This document shows positions 48,942 to 57,861 of a DNA stretch of 64,000 nt, one piece after another; the first letter of the stretch is position 1; every line of letters starts with the position of its first letter. Under the pieces are notes generated by a model, which did not search any database, was not told the DNA's origin, and saw only the letters and a program-made list of their open reading frames with translations. The DNA comes from an uncultured Chromatiales bacterium (GTDB taxonomy: Bacteria > Bacteroidota > Ignavibacteria > SZUA-365), in assembly GCA_964388275.1 (NCBI GenBank), contig CAYLZD010000003.1:52638-116637 (forward strand), given 5' to 3'. The position numbers and the translations under genes are program-made.

Positions 48942-49408
48942 GGTTTGGTCGCCTGAGGGAGCTCGCCTTCGTCCTCTTCCGGCAGAATCAACTCGGTCAG
49001 AGATAAAGCGACTCCTGACATCATCACCTCCGGTCCGAGAGTCGTGAAATCGCCGGACAGGAGCGAACGATCCACGTTCGCATACAGCGAGCATCCGCCG
49101 TCCCGCTCAACGATCAGTCCGGAGACTTTCCCGCCGGCTTCCGCTACGAAGGTGACTTCGCCCAGCAATTCGCTGATTACCACGCCCGAGCAGTGCTGGA
49201 GCTGGAGGTTGGCGCTCGGAGTGTATAAACAGACCAGGGCGCCGGTAGCCGGCCCTATCGGTATTTCCGGATAGATTTCCAGCGACATTTGCCGCGTCGG
49301 CTCCGTTCCGGCGATATCATATCTGAAATGATTCGCCTCGCTGCGGGGTTCGACTCCGAGCACAACCCCGATAAGCGAGAGTTGCTCCTGCGAAATCGGC
49401 CCGTTCAT
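48938..49408 (-). CDS. hypothetical protein
   Basis: 156 aa starting MNGPISQEQLSLIGVVLGVEPRSE, with no recognised domain. Translationally coupled to ybeY. Confidence 0.4.
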   Translation of the reverse strand: MNGPISQEQLSLIGVVLGVEPRSEANHFRYDIAGTEPTRQMSLEIYPEIPIGPATGALVCLYTPSANLQLQHCSGVVISELLGEVTFVAEAGGKVSGLIVERDGGCSLYANVDRSLLSGDFTTLGPEVMMSGVALSLTELILPEEDEGELPQATKP

Positions 49409-49577
49409 TGTCTCTCCGTTGTCTGATACATGGGACGAATATAGTGAAATTCGCCGCAACAGCTCAATCGATCGCGGACGCAGCGCCGCGGGAGCGCGCC
49501 TTGCCAGCAGGCGCAACTTTCCCGCGTCGCCGTCGCGGCGTATATTGTTTCTCGATTTGAATTCACACCGGAAATCA

Positions 49578-51023
49578 ATGATGAAACAGCACGAAATCAG
49601 AGTCCGTTTCGCTCCCAGTCCGACCGGTTATCTCCACATAGGGGGGCTCAGAACCGCGCTGTATAACTATCTCCTGGCCAGACGCTACGGAGGAACGTTC
49701 ATACTTCGCATTGAAGACACGGACAGGACGAGGTTCGTCGAAGGCGCCGCCGACGGTCTGATGGATACATTGCGCTGGTCCGGGCTGCATTGGGATGAGG
49801 GGCCCGACTCGGGCGGCCCATTCGCGCCTTACGTTCAATCCGAGCGAACGGATCTATACCGTGAATACGCTCGGCTGCTGCTGGCGCAAGGCCATGCTTA
49901 CCGCTGCTTCTGCGCGCCGGCCGAACTCGAGGAACAGAGGGCGCGCCAGATCGAAGCCAAAATCCCTCCCATGTACGACCGCCGCTGCCGCTCCATAAGA
50001 AGCGACGAAGCCGATTCGCGAGAGTCCTCCGGCGAGCCGTTCACCGTGCGCCTCAAAGTCCCGCTTACCGGCGAAACGGAGTTTCAGGACGCGGTTCGGG
50101 GCGGGATTCGGGTTTCCAACGGCGTAATAGACGATCAGGTACTCCTAAAATCGGACGGCTTTCCCACGTATCATCTGGCCAACGTCGTGGACGACCATCT
50201 TATGCGCGTCAGCGACGTGGTGCGGGGCGAGGAATGGCTGCCTTCGACGGCCAAGCACTTGCTGCTGTACCGGGCATTCGGGTGGACGCCGCCGAACTTC
50301 GCGCATTTGCCGCTGCTGCTGAATGCGGATCGAAGCAAGTTGAGCAAACGGCAGGGCGACGTGGCAGTCGAGGAGTACAGAGCGGCGGGCTATCTGCCGG
50401 AGGCGCTGATAAACTTCGTCGCCTTGCTCGGCTGGAACATACCCGGCGACAGGGAGATGTTCTCGCTGCCGGAGCTCGAGAAACTTTTTTCACTGGACAG
50501 AGTGGGAAAGGCGGGCGCGGTATTCGACATCGCCAAGCTCCGCTGGTTCAACGGCCGCTATTTCCGTCAGCTGAACGCGGAACAGCGTCTGCGCCTCTGC
50601 CTCCCGCACCTGCGCGATGCGGGCGTGGACACCTCGGACGAAAAAAGAATCGGAGCGATAATAGATGCCGTCGGGACACATCTGCAACTGCCCTCCGACA
50701 TCGTGGAACAGAGCGGAATATTCTTCGCGGATGACGTCGCCCCCGATTCCGAGGAAGCGCGCGAAGCTTTGCGCGGGGAGGGCGCGGCCGCCGTTCTCGA
50801 GGCGTTCGCCGCCGGCATACGGGGAGCCGCCGAATGGCACAGATCCAGCATCAAGGAGATGATCGCCGCCGCGCAGGTTTCCACCGGCGTCAAAGGCAAG
50901 TCGCTGTTCATGCCGATCCGCGTCGCCTTGACCGGACGAATCCACGGCCCGGAGCTGCCGGTCGTGGCGGAATTGCTCGGGCGAGCGGTGTGCGAGATGC
51001 GAATACGCGCCGCGATGAAATGA
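49578..51023 (+). CDS. gltX: glutamate--tRNA ligase
   Basis: HIGH motif (PSPTGYLHIGG) and KMSKS-like KLSKR; 481 aa from the ATG at 49578. Confidence 0.9.
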   Translation: MMKQHEIRVRFAPSPTGYLHIGGLRTALYNYLLARRYGGTFILRIEDTDRTRFVEGAADGLMDTLRWSGLHWDEGPDSGGPFAPYVQSERTDLYREYARLLLAQGHAYRCFCAPAELEEQRARQIEAKIPPMYDRRCRSIRSDEADSRESSGEPFTVRLKVPLTGETEFQDAVRGGIRVSNGVIDDQVLLKSDGFPTYHLANVVDDHLMRVSDVVRGEEWLPSTAKHLLLYRAFGWTPPNFAHLPLLLNADRSKLSKRQGDVAVEEYRAAGYLPEALINFVALLGWNIPGDREMFSLPELEKLFSLDRVGKAGAVFDIAKLRWFNGRYFRQLNAEQRLRLCLPHLRDAGVDTSDEKRIGAIIDAVGTHLQLPSDIVEQSGIFFADDVAPDSEEAREALRGEGAAAVLEAFAAGIRGAAEWHRSSIKEMIAAAQVSTGVKGKSLFMPIRVALTGRIHGPELPVVAELLGRAVCEMRIRAAMK

Positions 51024-51934
51024 TGCCGATGCGGCCCGGTGTCTCGGTCATACTCGTTCACTACGGCGACCCGGAGCAGACCTACACCGTCCTCCGCCTT
51101 TTCAGGGACGGCGGTTTCAAAGAGATGCTGGAGGTGATCGTCGTCGACAACGGCGGTCACACTCGGCTCGATCCGCAGAAGGAATTCGCCGGAGCGATAC
51201 TGGTAACCCCGGAGAACAACACCGGCTATGCGGCCGCCTGCAACCTGGGCGCCGGGGCGGCATCGTGCCGGCATCTGCTGTTCCTGAACAACGACATCAT
51301 GTTCGACGGAGACTTCATCGGACCCCTTCTGCAAGCATGCGAAGAAGACCGGAGCATCGGATTGGCGGGGCCTCGGCTATCCTGGCAGGACGGATCTTTT
51401 CAACCGTCGTGGATCGACTTTCCCGGGATTCTTTCCGAATTCCGCGAGCGCCGCATCCGGAGGCAGGCCCGAAGGCGAAAAGGCGGCGCCTGGATGAAAC
51501 GCAGCCGCGAGTCGGAGAGATCGCGCGATGTCGACTCACTCGCCGGCGCGGCCATGTTCTTCACCAGGGAAGCTTTCGACGCGGTAGGCGGATTCGATGC
51601 CGGATACAGCTTCTATTTCGAGGACGTCGACATTTGCAGGCGTCTGCACAGTTCCGGCTACCGAGTACGGTACGTGCCCGAATCGCGTCTGACGCATTTC
51701 GGTGGCGGTTCGCAAGACGGCGGGAATCCGGTCATAGCGCGCGCATACCGCGAAGGACAATTGCGTTATTATGCGCGTCACAAGTCCGAAATTTCCTTTC
51801 AACTGATTAAGCTGTATCTTTTGTTGAAATTTGTTTTGATGAGACGCCCCGAGCCCGAATCGAGCAGCATAGCACAAATCCTCATGCAGACAGCCAAAGC
51901 CGCTCGGCGAAGAGAATTGCGCGGCGGTATCTGA
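51020..51934 (+). CDS. glycosyltransferase family 2
   Basis: GT-A fold with a DxD-like VVDNGG...DVDICRRL. The start ATGA overlaps the gltX stop. Confidence 0.75.
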   Translation: MMPMRPGVSVILVHYGDPEQTYTVLRLFRDGGFKEMLEVIVVDNGGHTRLDPQKEFAGAILVTPENNTGYAAACNLGAGAASCRHLLFLNNDIMFDGDFIGPLLQACEEDRSIGLAGPRLSWQDGSFQPSWIDFPGILSEFRERRIRRQARRRKGGAWMKRSRESERSRDVDSLAGAAMFFTREAFDAVGGFDAGYSFYFEDVDICRRLHSSGYRVRYVPESRLTHFGGGSQDGGNPVIARAYREGQLRYYARHKSEISFQLIKLYLLLKFVLMRRPEPESSSIAQILMQTAKAARRRELRGGI

Positions 51935-51937
51935 ATA

Positions 51938-52636
51938 ATGCGAGACGCCGACGGACTGATATTATTCGATCCAGGACTCCCGGAACGGGACGACTCGGAA
52001 ACGCGGGACACGACGTCCGGCGGGACGCGACTGCGGGAACTGCATTCCGCGCTGGTGTTCGATGCTTCCTGCCGGCTTCGCGACATAACCTTCGCGTCCT
52101 CGGCGGCATACATCGCCGATAAAGGCATTGAAGACAGGATTCGCGCGAAATGCCCTTCTTTTCGCGTCGAGCCGCAGTCTGAAGGCGCTGTCTCACTGCG
52201 TCTGCACAGCGCCATGGAGGAGCAGTTCAACCGCGGAATCAGACGTCTGGTGCTGCTGTTTCCCTCGGCCGCGACAATTTCGCTGCGCACGATAAAGACC
52301 GCCTTTTCGCTCCTGGACGCCTTCGACGACGCCCTCATACTCGGGCCGGCAACCGGAGGAAATCTCTACGCGCTCGGTTTGCGACACCCGAACCCCGATC
52401 TATGCGCCTCATACGAAGGATCCGAATCGGGGCGCCTCGAGCGCATGCTCAAGGCAGTATCCCACAGCGAGAGCGCCGTGTACCTGCTCCCGCCGAGGTA
52501 TGACGCCTGCAGCGGGGATATTGCGCGGCTGACCGCCGATGCGGATTCGGCGGAAGGCCTTTTTCCCGGTATCAAATCCTGGCTTGCCGCTCAGACCTCG
52601 TCTCAACCGGCCCGACCGGACAACGCAAAGCAATGA
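51938..52636 (+). CDS. DUF2064-family protein (TIGR04282-like, GT2-associated transferase)
   Basis: 232 aa. RLVLLFPSAATISLRTIKTAFSLLDAFDDALILGPATGGNLYALGLRHP resembles DUF2064. It immediately follows and is co-oriented with the GT2 gene. Confidence 0.55.
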   Translation: MRDADGLILFDPGLPERDDSETRDTTSGGTRLRELHSALVFDASCRLRDITFASSAAYIADKGIEDRIRAKCPSFRVEPQSEGAVSLRLHSAMEEQFNRGIRRLVLLFPSAATISLRTIKTAFSLLDAFDDALILGPATGGNLYALGLRHPNPDLCASYEGSESGRLERMLKAVSHSESAVYLLPPRYDACSGDIARLTADADSAEGLFPGIKSWLAAQTSSQPARPDNAKQ

Positions 52637-52637
52637 A

Positions 52638-53231
52638 ATGAATATCGGTTTCATCGGAGGCAGTTTCAATCCGCCTCATATAGGACATCTGGTCATGGCC
52701 GAACGCGCGCGGGACGAGCTGAAACTGGACCGGGTGCTCTTTATTCCCGCATGGCGTTCGCCTTTCAAGAACGGGATGGAAACCCCGGATGCGGCGTTAA
52801 GACTCGAAATGACGGCGCTGGCCGTCGGCGACAATCCCGCCTTCGGGGTCGAGCCGTTCGAAGCCGAAAAACCCCGCATCTCCTGGACGATCGATACCGT
52901 GCGCCATCTCAAGTCCGCTTCTCCGAACGACAGATTCACAATGGTTCTGGGCGCCGACGCCTTTCAGGATATGCCGCTCTGGAAAGAGCCCGACGAGATA
53001 CTTTCCTCTGTGCGCGTGGCCGTTGCCGGACGTCCCGGCAGCGGCCTGGATATGGCCAGTCACCCTTACGCGGACAGCGCGAGAATTATCGAAATGCCGA
53101 TGCTCGACATATCCTCCAGCGACATCAGAAGACGCGTTGCGGAGGGCCGTTCGATCAGATATCTGGTTCCCTGGACCGTTCACACTTTCATATACTCCCG
53201 CAACCTGTACGCAGCTTCGACGCGGCCGTGA
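52638..53231 (+). CDS. nadD: nicotinate-nucleotide adenylyltransferase
   Basis: Starts MNIGFIGGSFNPPHIGHL, carrying the nucleotidyltransferase (H/T)xGH motif; 197 aa. Confidence 0.85.
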   Translation: MNIGFIGGSFNPPHIGHLVMAERARDELKLDRVLFIPAWRSPFKNGMETPDAALRLEMTALAVGDNPAFGVEPFEAEKPRISWTIDTVRHLKSASPNDRFTMVLGADAFQDMPLWKEPDEILSSVRVAVAGRPGSGLDMASHPYADSARIIEMPMLDISSSDIRRRVAEGRSIRYLVPWTVHTFIYSRNLYAASTRP

Positions 53232-53274
53232 ATCCGCGCCGGTGTCACGCCGCCTCCGGGCGCGGGAGTCGGTC

Positions 53275-54261
53275 TCAGCCCAGCATGCCGTTTTCCCGAT
53301 ACCAGCCGATGGTTCGAGCGAAAGCTTCATCCAATGTATGCCTCTCGCCGAACCCCAAGTCTCGCCTCGCTTTTGCCGCGTCGCAAACCCAATACCGCCG
53401 AGTGAGATCCCTCGCCTTCTCGATATTCAAAGTGGCCGCCTTACCGCGTACTGCGGCGATGGTTTGGGCCACCCCCGCGACCGCGTAAACCACGGCATGC
53501 GGAATGCGCAGCGTCAGATACTTCCGTCCCAGCGCCTTCCCTGTGATGGCCGCGATTTCAGGCCAGGAGTACAAGCGCTCGCTGGCGATGAAATAGGTCT
53601 GCCCGACCGACGCAGGATGCCGCGCGGCCTTGATGATGCCGTCGACCAGATCCGCGGAATAAATCAGGTTCAGGCGCTTGTCCTGAAAACCGATAATGGA
53701 ATTCAGGCCCCGGGAAACGGTCTTGAAATAGACCAGTATCTCGGTATCCCTCGGTCCGAACACCGCGGGCGGGCGGACTATGGTGGAAGGGATGCTCCCG
53801 TTGAAGGACGCCACGAGTTTTTCGGCGGCGAGCTTGGAACGTCCGTAGGCGGTGATCGGCCGGCAGGGGGATTCCTCCGTCACGGGTGCCTCCGGCGATT
53901 CCGCGGGACCTGCGGCAGTCTGGCTGCTTACGAACAGAAAGCGGCGAATGTCCGGCGCCACCCGCGCGGCCGCCTCCAGCATGCGGCGGGTGGAGGTTTC
54001 GTTCGCCTCGAAATACTCCTGCTCCGAACGCGCCTTGACGAGGCCGGCGATGTGATAGATTTCATCCGCGCCGGCGAGGAAACGGTCGAGTGATGCCGCG
54101 TCCCTGATATCGCCCTGGACTAGTTCCACAGGTTTGTCCTTCAACCAGCGCAAATTGCTCGTGGGACGAATCAGCGCGCGGACGTCTGTTCCTTCGGCTA
54201 TAAGATAATCCGCCAGATGGCTGCCGATGAAACCGGTCGCGCCGGTTATGCATGCTAACAT
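53275..54261 (-). CDS. NAD-dependent epimerase/dehydratase-family (extended SDR) reductase; candidate CerR-like ceramide reductase
   Basis: 328 aa starting MLACITGATGFIGSHLADYL, with a Rossmann GxxGxxG. It is divergent from the SPT-like operon across a 191-bp AT-rich intergenic region. Confidence 0.7.
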   Translation of the reverse strand: MLACITGATGFIGSHLADYLIAEGTDVRALIRPTSNLRWLKDKPVELVQGDIRDAASLDRFLAGADEIYHIAGLVKARSEQEYFEANETSTRRMLEAAARVAPDIRRFLFVSSQTAAGPAESPEAPVTEESPCRPITAYGRSKLAAEKLVASFNGSIPSTIVRPPAVFGPRDTEILVYFKTVSRGLNSIIGFQDKRLNLIYSADLVDGIIKAARHPASVGQTYFIASERLYSWPEIAAITGKALGRKYLTLRIPHAVVYAVAGVAQTIAAVRGKAATLNIEKARDLTRRYWVCDAAKARRDLGFGERHTLDEAFARTIGWYRENGMLG

Positions 54262-54452
54262 GATTTTGATTCCCGATAATATGACATTAAGACATAGGTA
54301 TTTATTGCATTTCCGATCACACAAAAGTATATTGAAATTTGGTTTCCGCTCAAAACGCGGATTTTGCACGAACAGGCGGATGCCTCCCTCACGATAGATA
54401 ATCAACTGAAATTACGGGCGTTCGGGGTTTATAACGCAGCAAGGAGAATTTA

Positions 54453-55646
54453 GTGGACTTATTCGACAAATGCCGGGCTTTTACCCGCGCCGACGAGGTC
54501 AAAGCCAGGGGTTATTACCCGTACTTCCGGGCCATAGAGGAAAATGAAGGGCCGGTTGTTTCGATTGAAGGCCGAAAAATCATAATGGCCGGATCAAACA
54601 ATTATCTCGGCCTGACGGCGCACCCCAGGGTCAAGGAGGCGAGCCTCGACGCCATCAAACGTTACGGAACCGGCTGTTCCGGTTCCCGCTACCTGACCGG
54701 CACACTGAGCCTGCATAACGAATTCGAGGAACGACTCGCCGCCTTTCTCGGCAAAGAAGCCTGTCTGCTCTTCTCAACCGGATACCAGACAGCCCAGGGC
54801 GTCATTTTCACTCTCGTGCAGAGAGGCGAATTCGTAGTGTCGGACAAGGACAACCACGCTTGCATACAAGCGGGCAACCTCATGGCAAAGGGCGCATACG
54901 CCACCTTCCTGCGTTACCGGCACAACGACATGCAGGATCTCGAAAACGTGCTCGCCTCGCTTCCTGACGGTAAAAGCGCTCTTGTGGTATCGGACGGCGT
55001 ATTCAGCACGACGGGAGAGGTGGTGGATCTGCCCGCCCTGGTCGCAGCGGCCAAGAAATTCCACGCCCGCATACTCATCGACGACGCGCATGCCGTCGGC
55101 ATCATCGGAAAAGGCGGCCGAGGAACGGCCAGCGAATTCGGCCTGGTGGACGAGGTGGATCTGACCATGGGGACTTTCAGCAAAACTTTCGCGAGTCTCG
55201 GCGGATTCGTGGTCGGAGATGTCCCGGTGATAAACTACGTCAAGCATCACTCCCCGGCCCTCATCTTCAGCGCGAGCCCAACTCCGGCCAGCGTGGCGGC
55301 GGCCCTGGCCGCGCTTGATATTCTCGAAGAGGAACCGGACCTGGTGGACCGCATCATCGCCAACGCGCAGTACATGCGAGAGGGATTCAACCGCCTGGGT
55401 TTCCGGGTGATTCCCGGCCGAACCGGCGTGGTGCCCGTTATCATCGGCGACGACGAGACGACCTTCGTGTTCTGGCGTGAATTATTCGACGCGGGTGTAT
55501 TCGTCAACGCTTTCATCAGCCCCGCCGTGCCTCAAGGCCTGCAGATGCTGCGCACCAGCTACATGGCCACGCACGAAAAAGAGCATCTGGACCGAATACT
55601 TGAAATCAGCGCAGAAATAGGGCATAAACTCGGAGTAATCTCCTGA
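54453..55646 (+). CDS. spt: alpha-oxoamine synthase, serine palmitoyltransferase-like (PLP-dependent)
   Basis: 397 aa. GTG start with SD AAGGAGA 5 nt upstream. SNNYLGL, YRHND, and the PLP-Lys motif [16 protein letters not shown], which closely resembles Sphingomonas Spt GTFSKSVGTVGGFVVS. Confidence 0.7.
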   Translation: MDLFDKCRAFTRADEVKARGYYPYFRAIEENEGPVVSIEGRKIIMAGSNNYLGLTAHPRVKEASLDAIKRYGTGCSGSRYLTGTLSLHNEFEERLAAFLGKEACLLFSTGYQTAQGVIFTLVQRGEFVVSDKDNHACIQAGNLMAKGAYATFLRYRHNDMQDLENVLASLPDGKSALVVSDGVFSTTGEVVDLPALVAAAKKFHARILIDDAHAVGIIGKGGRGTASEFGLVDEVDLTMGTFSKTFASLGGFVVGDVPVINYVKHHSPALIFSASPTPASVAAALAALDILEEEPDLVDRIIANAQYMREGFNRLGFRVIPGRTGVVPVIIGDDETTFVFWRELFDAGVFVNAFISPAVPQGLQMLRTSYMATHEKEHLDRILEISAEIGHKLGVIS

Positions 55647-55659
55647 CCGGCTGAGCGCA

Positions 55660-56781
55660 ATGGCCACCACAATTCATCCCATCAGCACACGGCGGGACCG
55701 TGAACGCTTTATCAAGCTCCAATGGAACTTTTATAACGGAGATCCCAATTGGACGGCGCCTCTTCTCTACGACAGGCGGAAGATTCTGGATCCCGAAAAA
55801 AATCCATTTTTCAGACACGGGCTGGCGCAACTTTACATCGCTGAAAAGAACGGAAAGCCGGCAGGCCGGATAGCAGCGATAATCAACGAGAATCACAACA
55901 TCGTTCATGCGGACAAAGTCGGCTTTTTCGGCTTCTTCGAATGCATCGACGACCAGGAGGTCGCTGACGCCCTCTTCGCCGAGGCGGGCAAATGGCTGAA
56001 GGCACACGGCAAGGACGTCATGCGAGGCCCGATGAATCCCTCGGTGAACGATGACATTGGGATGCTGGTGAAAGGATTCGAACAGCCTGCCGTGATCCTC
56101 ATGCCCTACAATCCCGATTACTACCCGGGATTGGTCGAGAACAACGGCTTTGCAAAGGCAAAGGACCTTTTCGCATACCGGCTGCGGCACGCGACCGTCA
56201 TGACGCCCAAACTCATGCGGGTTCAGCAGGCGGTGCGCGAGAGACACGGCATCACAATCCGCGATTTCGATTTTTCCCGCATTCGCGACGAGATCAAGAT
56301 CGTGAAGGATCTCTACAACAGGGGGTGGGAAAAAAACTGGGGAGCGGTGGCGCTCGACGACGCCGAACTGGATGCGCTGGCCGGAGATCTTAAGATGGCT
56401 CTGTCCGGTTTCCATGAATTCGCTTTCTTCTGCTGCCATCACGAGGAACCGGTGGGTTTCGCTCTTACCCTGCCCGATATCAATCAGATCCTGATACACA
56501 ACCGCCGCGGCCGCTTGCTGCCCGGCCTCTGGAGATTGAAAACCCGGCGGAAGCTCGTGACGCAGATGCGAATCATGGTTCTGGGCTTGCTTCCGGAACA
56601 TCGAGGCCTGGGATATGACTCCGTGATGTACTTCGAGATAATCGACCGGGCCGACAAGCGGGGCGTTCATACCGGAGAGGCATCATGGGTGCTCGAAGAC
56701 AACACCATGATGAACCGCGCCGCGAAGCTCATGAACGCCGACGCATACAAGACCTACCGGATTTACGACAAGTCCATCTGA
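55660..56781 (+). CDS. large GNAT-fold N-acyltransferase; candidate bacterial ceramide synthase-like
   Basis: 373 aa starting 13 nt after the SPT-like stop, with an acyl-CoA N-acyltransferase-like fold. A specific family could not be assigned from sequence alone. Confidence 0.55.
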   Translation: MATTIHPISTRRDRERFIKLQWNFYNGDPNWTAPLLYDRRKILDPEKNPFFRHGLAQLYIAEKNGKPAGRIAAIINENHNIVHADKVGFFGFFECIDDQEVADALFAEAGKWLKAHGKDVMRGPMNPSVNDDIGMLVKGFEQPAVILMPYNPDYYPGLVENNGFAKAKDLFAYRLRHATVMTPKLMRVQQAVRERHGITIRDFDFSRIRDEIKIVKDLYNRGWEKNWGAVALDDAELDALAGDLKMALSGFHEFAFFCCHHEEPVGFALTLPDINQILIHNRRGRLLPGLWRLKTRRKLVTQMRIMVLGLLPEHRGLGYDSVMYFEIIDRADKRGVHTGEASWVLEDNTMMNRAAKLMNADAYKTYRIYDKSI

Positions 56782-56792
56782 CGTCCTCCCCG

Positions 56793-57092
56793 ATGAGCGT
56801 AACCCGCGAGGAAGTCCGACATATAGCAGCTCTGGCCCGCCTGGAACTCGCTCCTTCCGAGGTCGAGGAAATGACCGAGCAGTTGAACAGAATTCTCGAG
56901 TACGTCGACCTGCTGAAGGAAGCGGACACGGAAGGTGTAGAACCCATGACACGAATCACGAGCGGCGACCCAGTTTATCGCGAGGACGAAGCAGTACCCG
57001 GACTCAACGCCGCCGAAGCCCTGCTCAACGCCCCGTCCGCAAACGAAGGTTACTTCACCGTCCCCAAAGTCCTGGGAGGACGTCAACCCTGA
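56793..57092 (+). CDS. gatC: Asp-tRNA(Asn)/Glu-tRNA(Gln) amidotransferase subunit C
   Basis: 99 aa, MSVTREEVRHIAALARLELAPSEVEEMTEQLNRILEYVDLL. Confidence 0.85.
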   Translation: MSVTREEVRHIAALARLELAPSEVEEMTEQLNRILEYVDLLKEADTEGVEPMTRITSGDPVYREDEAVPGLNAAEALLNAPSANEGYFTVPKVLGGRQP

Positions 57093-57102
57093 CAAGCCGA
57101 CG

Positions 57103-57855
57103 ATGACGCCGGAAACAAGAACGGTAATCATTATCCCGGCGCGATACTCCTCGACTCGCTTTCCGGGCAAGCCCCTGGCGCGGATCGCCGGCAAACCGAT
57201 GATCAAGTTCGTCTGCGAGCGCTGCGCCGCGGCAGCGGCCGACGCGGTGCTGGTCGCCACGGATGACGAACGGATCGCCGCTGTTGTCCGGGATTTCGGT
57301 GTAGAAGCCCTGATGACGCCGGCCGGCTTCGAATCCGGTACCGAGCGGGTCGCCTGGGCCGCCGGACAAATCGCAGCGGATATCATCGTCAACGTGCAGG
57401 GCGACGAACCCCTGATCGCTCCCGCGACCATCGATGCCGTGACAGGAATTTTGCTGCGGGCCGCCGACGCCGACATCGCGACCGCGGTCGCGCAGTCGGA
57501 CGACCGCGCCTCCTTCGCCGATCCTAATGTGGTGAAAGCGGCCATCACAGCCGACGGGAGAGCCCTCTATTTTTCCCGGGCGCCCATTCCGCATCGGCGG
57601 GACGGCGCAGGCGCTTTCAGCTTCCACCGCCACATAGGCATCTATGCGTTCCGGCGGGAGTCGCTTGCCCGCTTCGCGTCCTTGCCCCAAAGCCATCTCG
57701 AACAAACCGAGCGCCTCGAGCAATTAAGAGCTCTGGAAGCCGGCATGGTGATCAAAGCCGCAACGGTATCGGAAATTTCGATTTCCGTGGACCGGCCTTC
57801 GGACATCGCTTTGGTGGAAGCAGCATTGGAACGACACGCCCGTTCCGCCGGTTAA
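57103..57855 (+). CDS. kdsB: 3-deoxy-manno-octulosonate cytidylyltransferase (CMP-Kdo synthetase)
   Basis: IIIPARYSSTRFPGKPLARIAGKPMI and VQGDEPLI motifs. Confidence 0.85.
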   Translation: MTPETRTVIIIPARYSSTRFPGKPLARIAGKPMIKFVCERCAAAAADAVLVATDDERIAAVVRDFGVEALMTPAGFESGTERVAWAAGQIAADIIVNVQGDEPLIAPATIDAVTGILLRAADADIATAVAQSDDRASFADPNVVKAAITADGRALYFSRAPIPHRRDGAGAFSFHRHIGIYAFRRESLARFASLPQSHLEQTERLEQLRALEAGMVIKAATVSEISISVDRPSDIALVEAALERHARSAG

Positions 57856-57861
57856 GGTATC

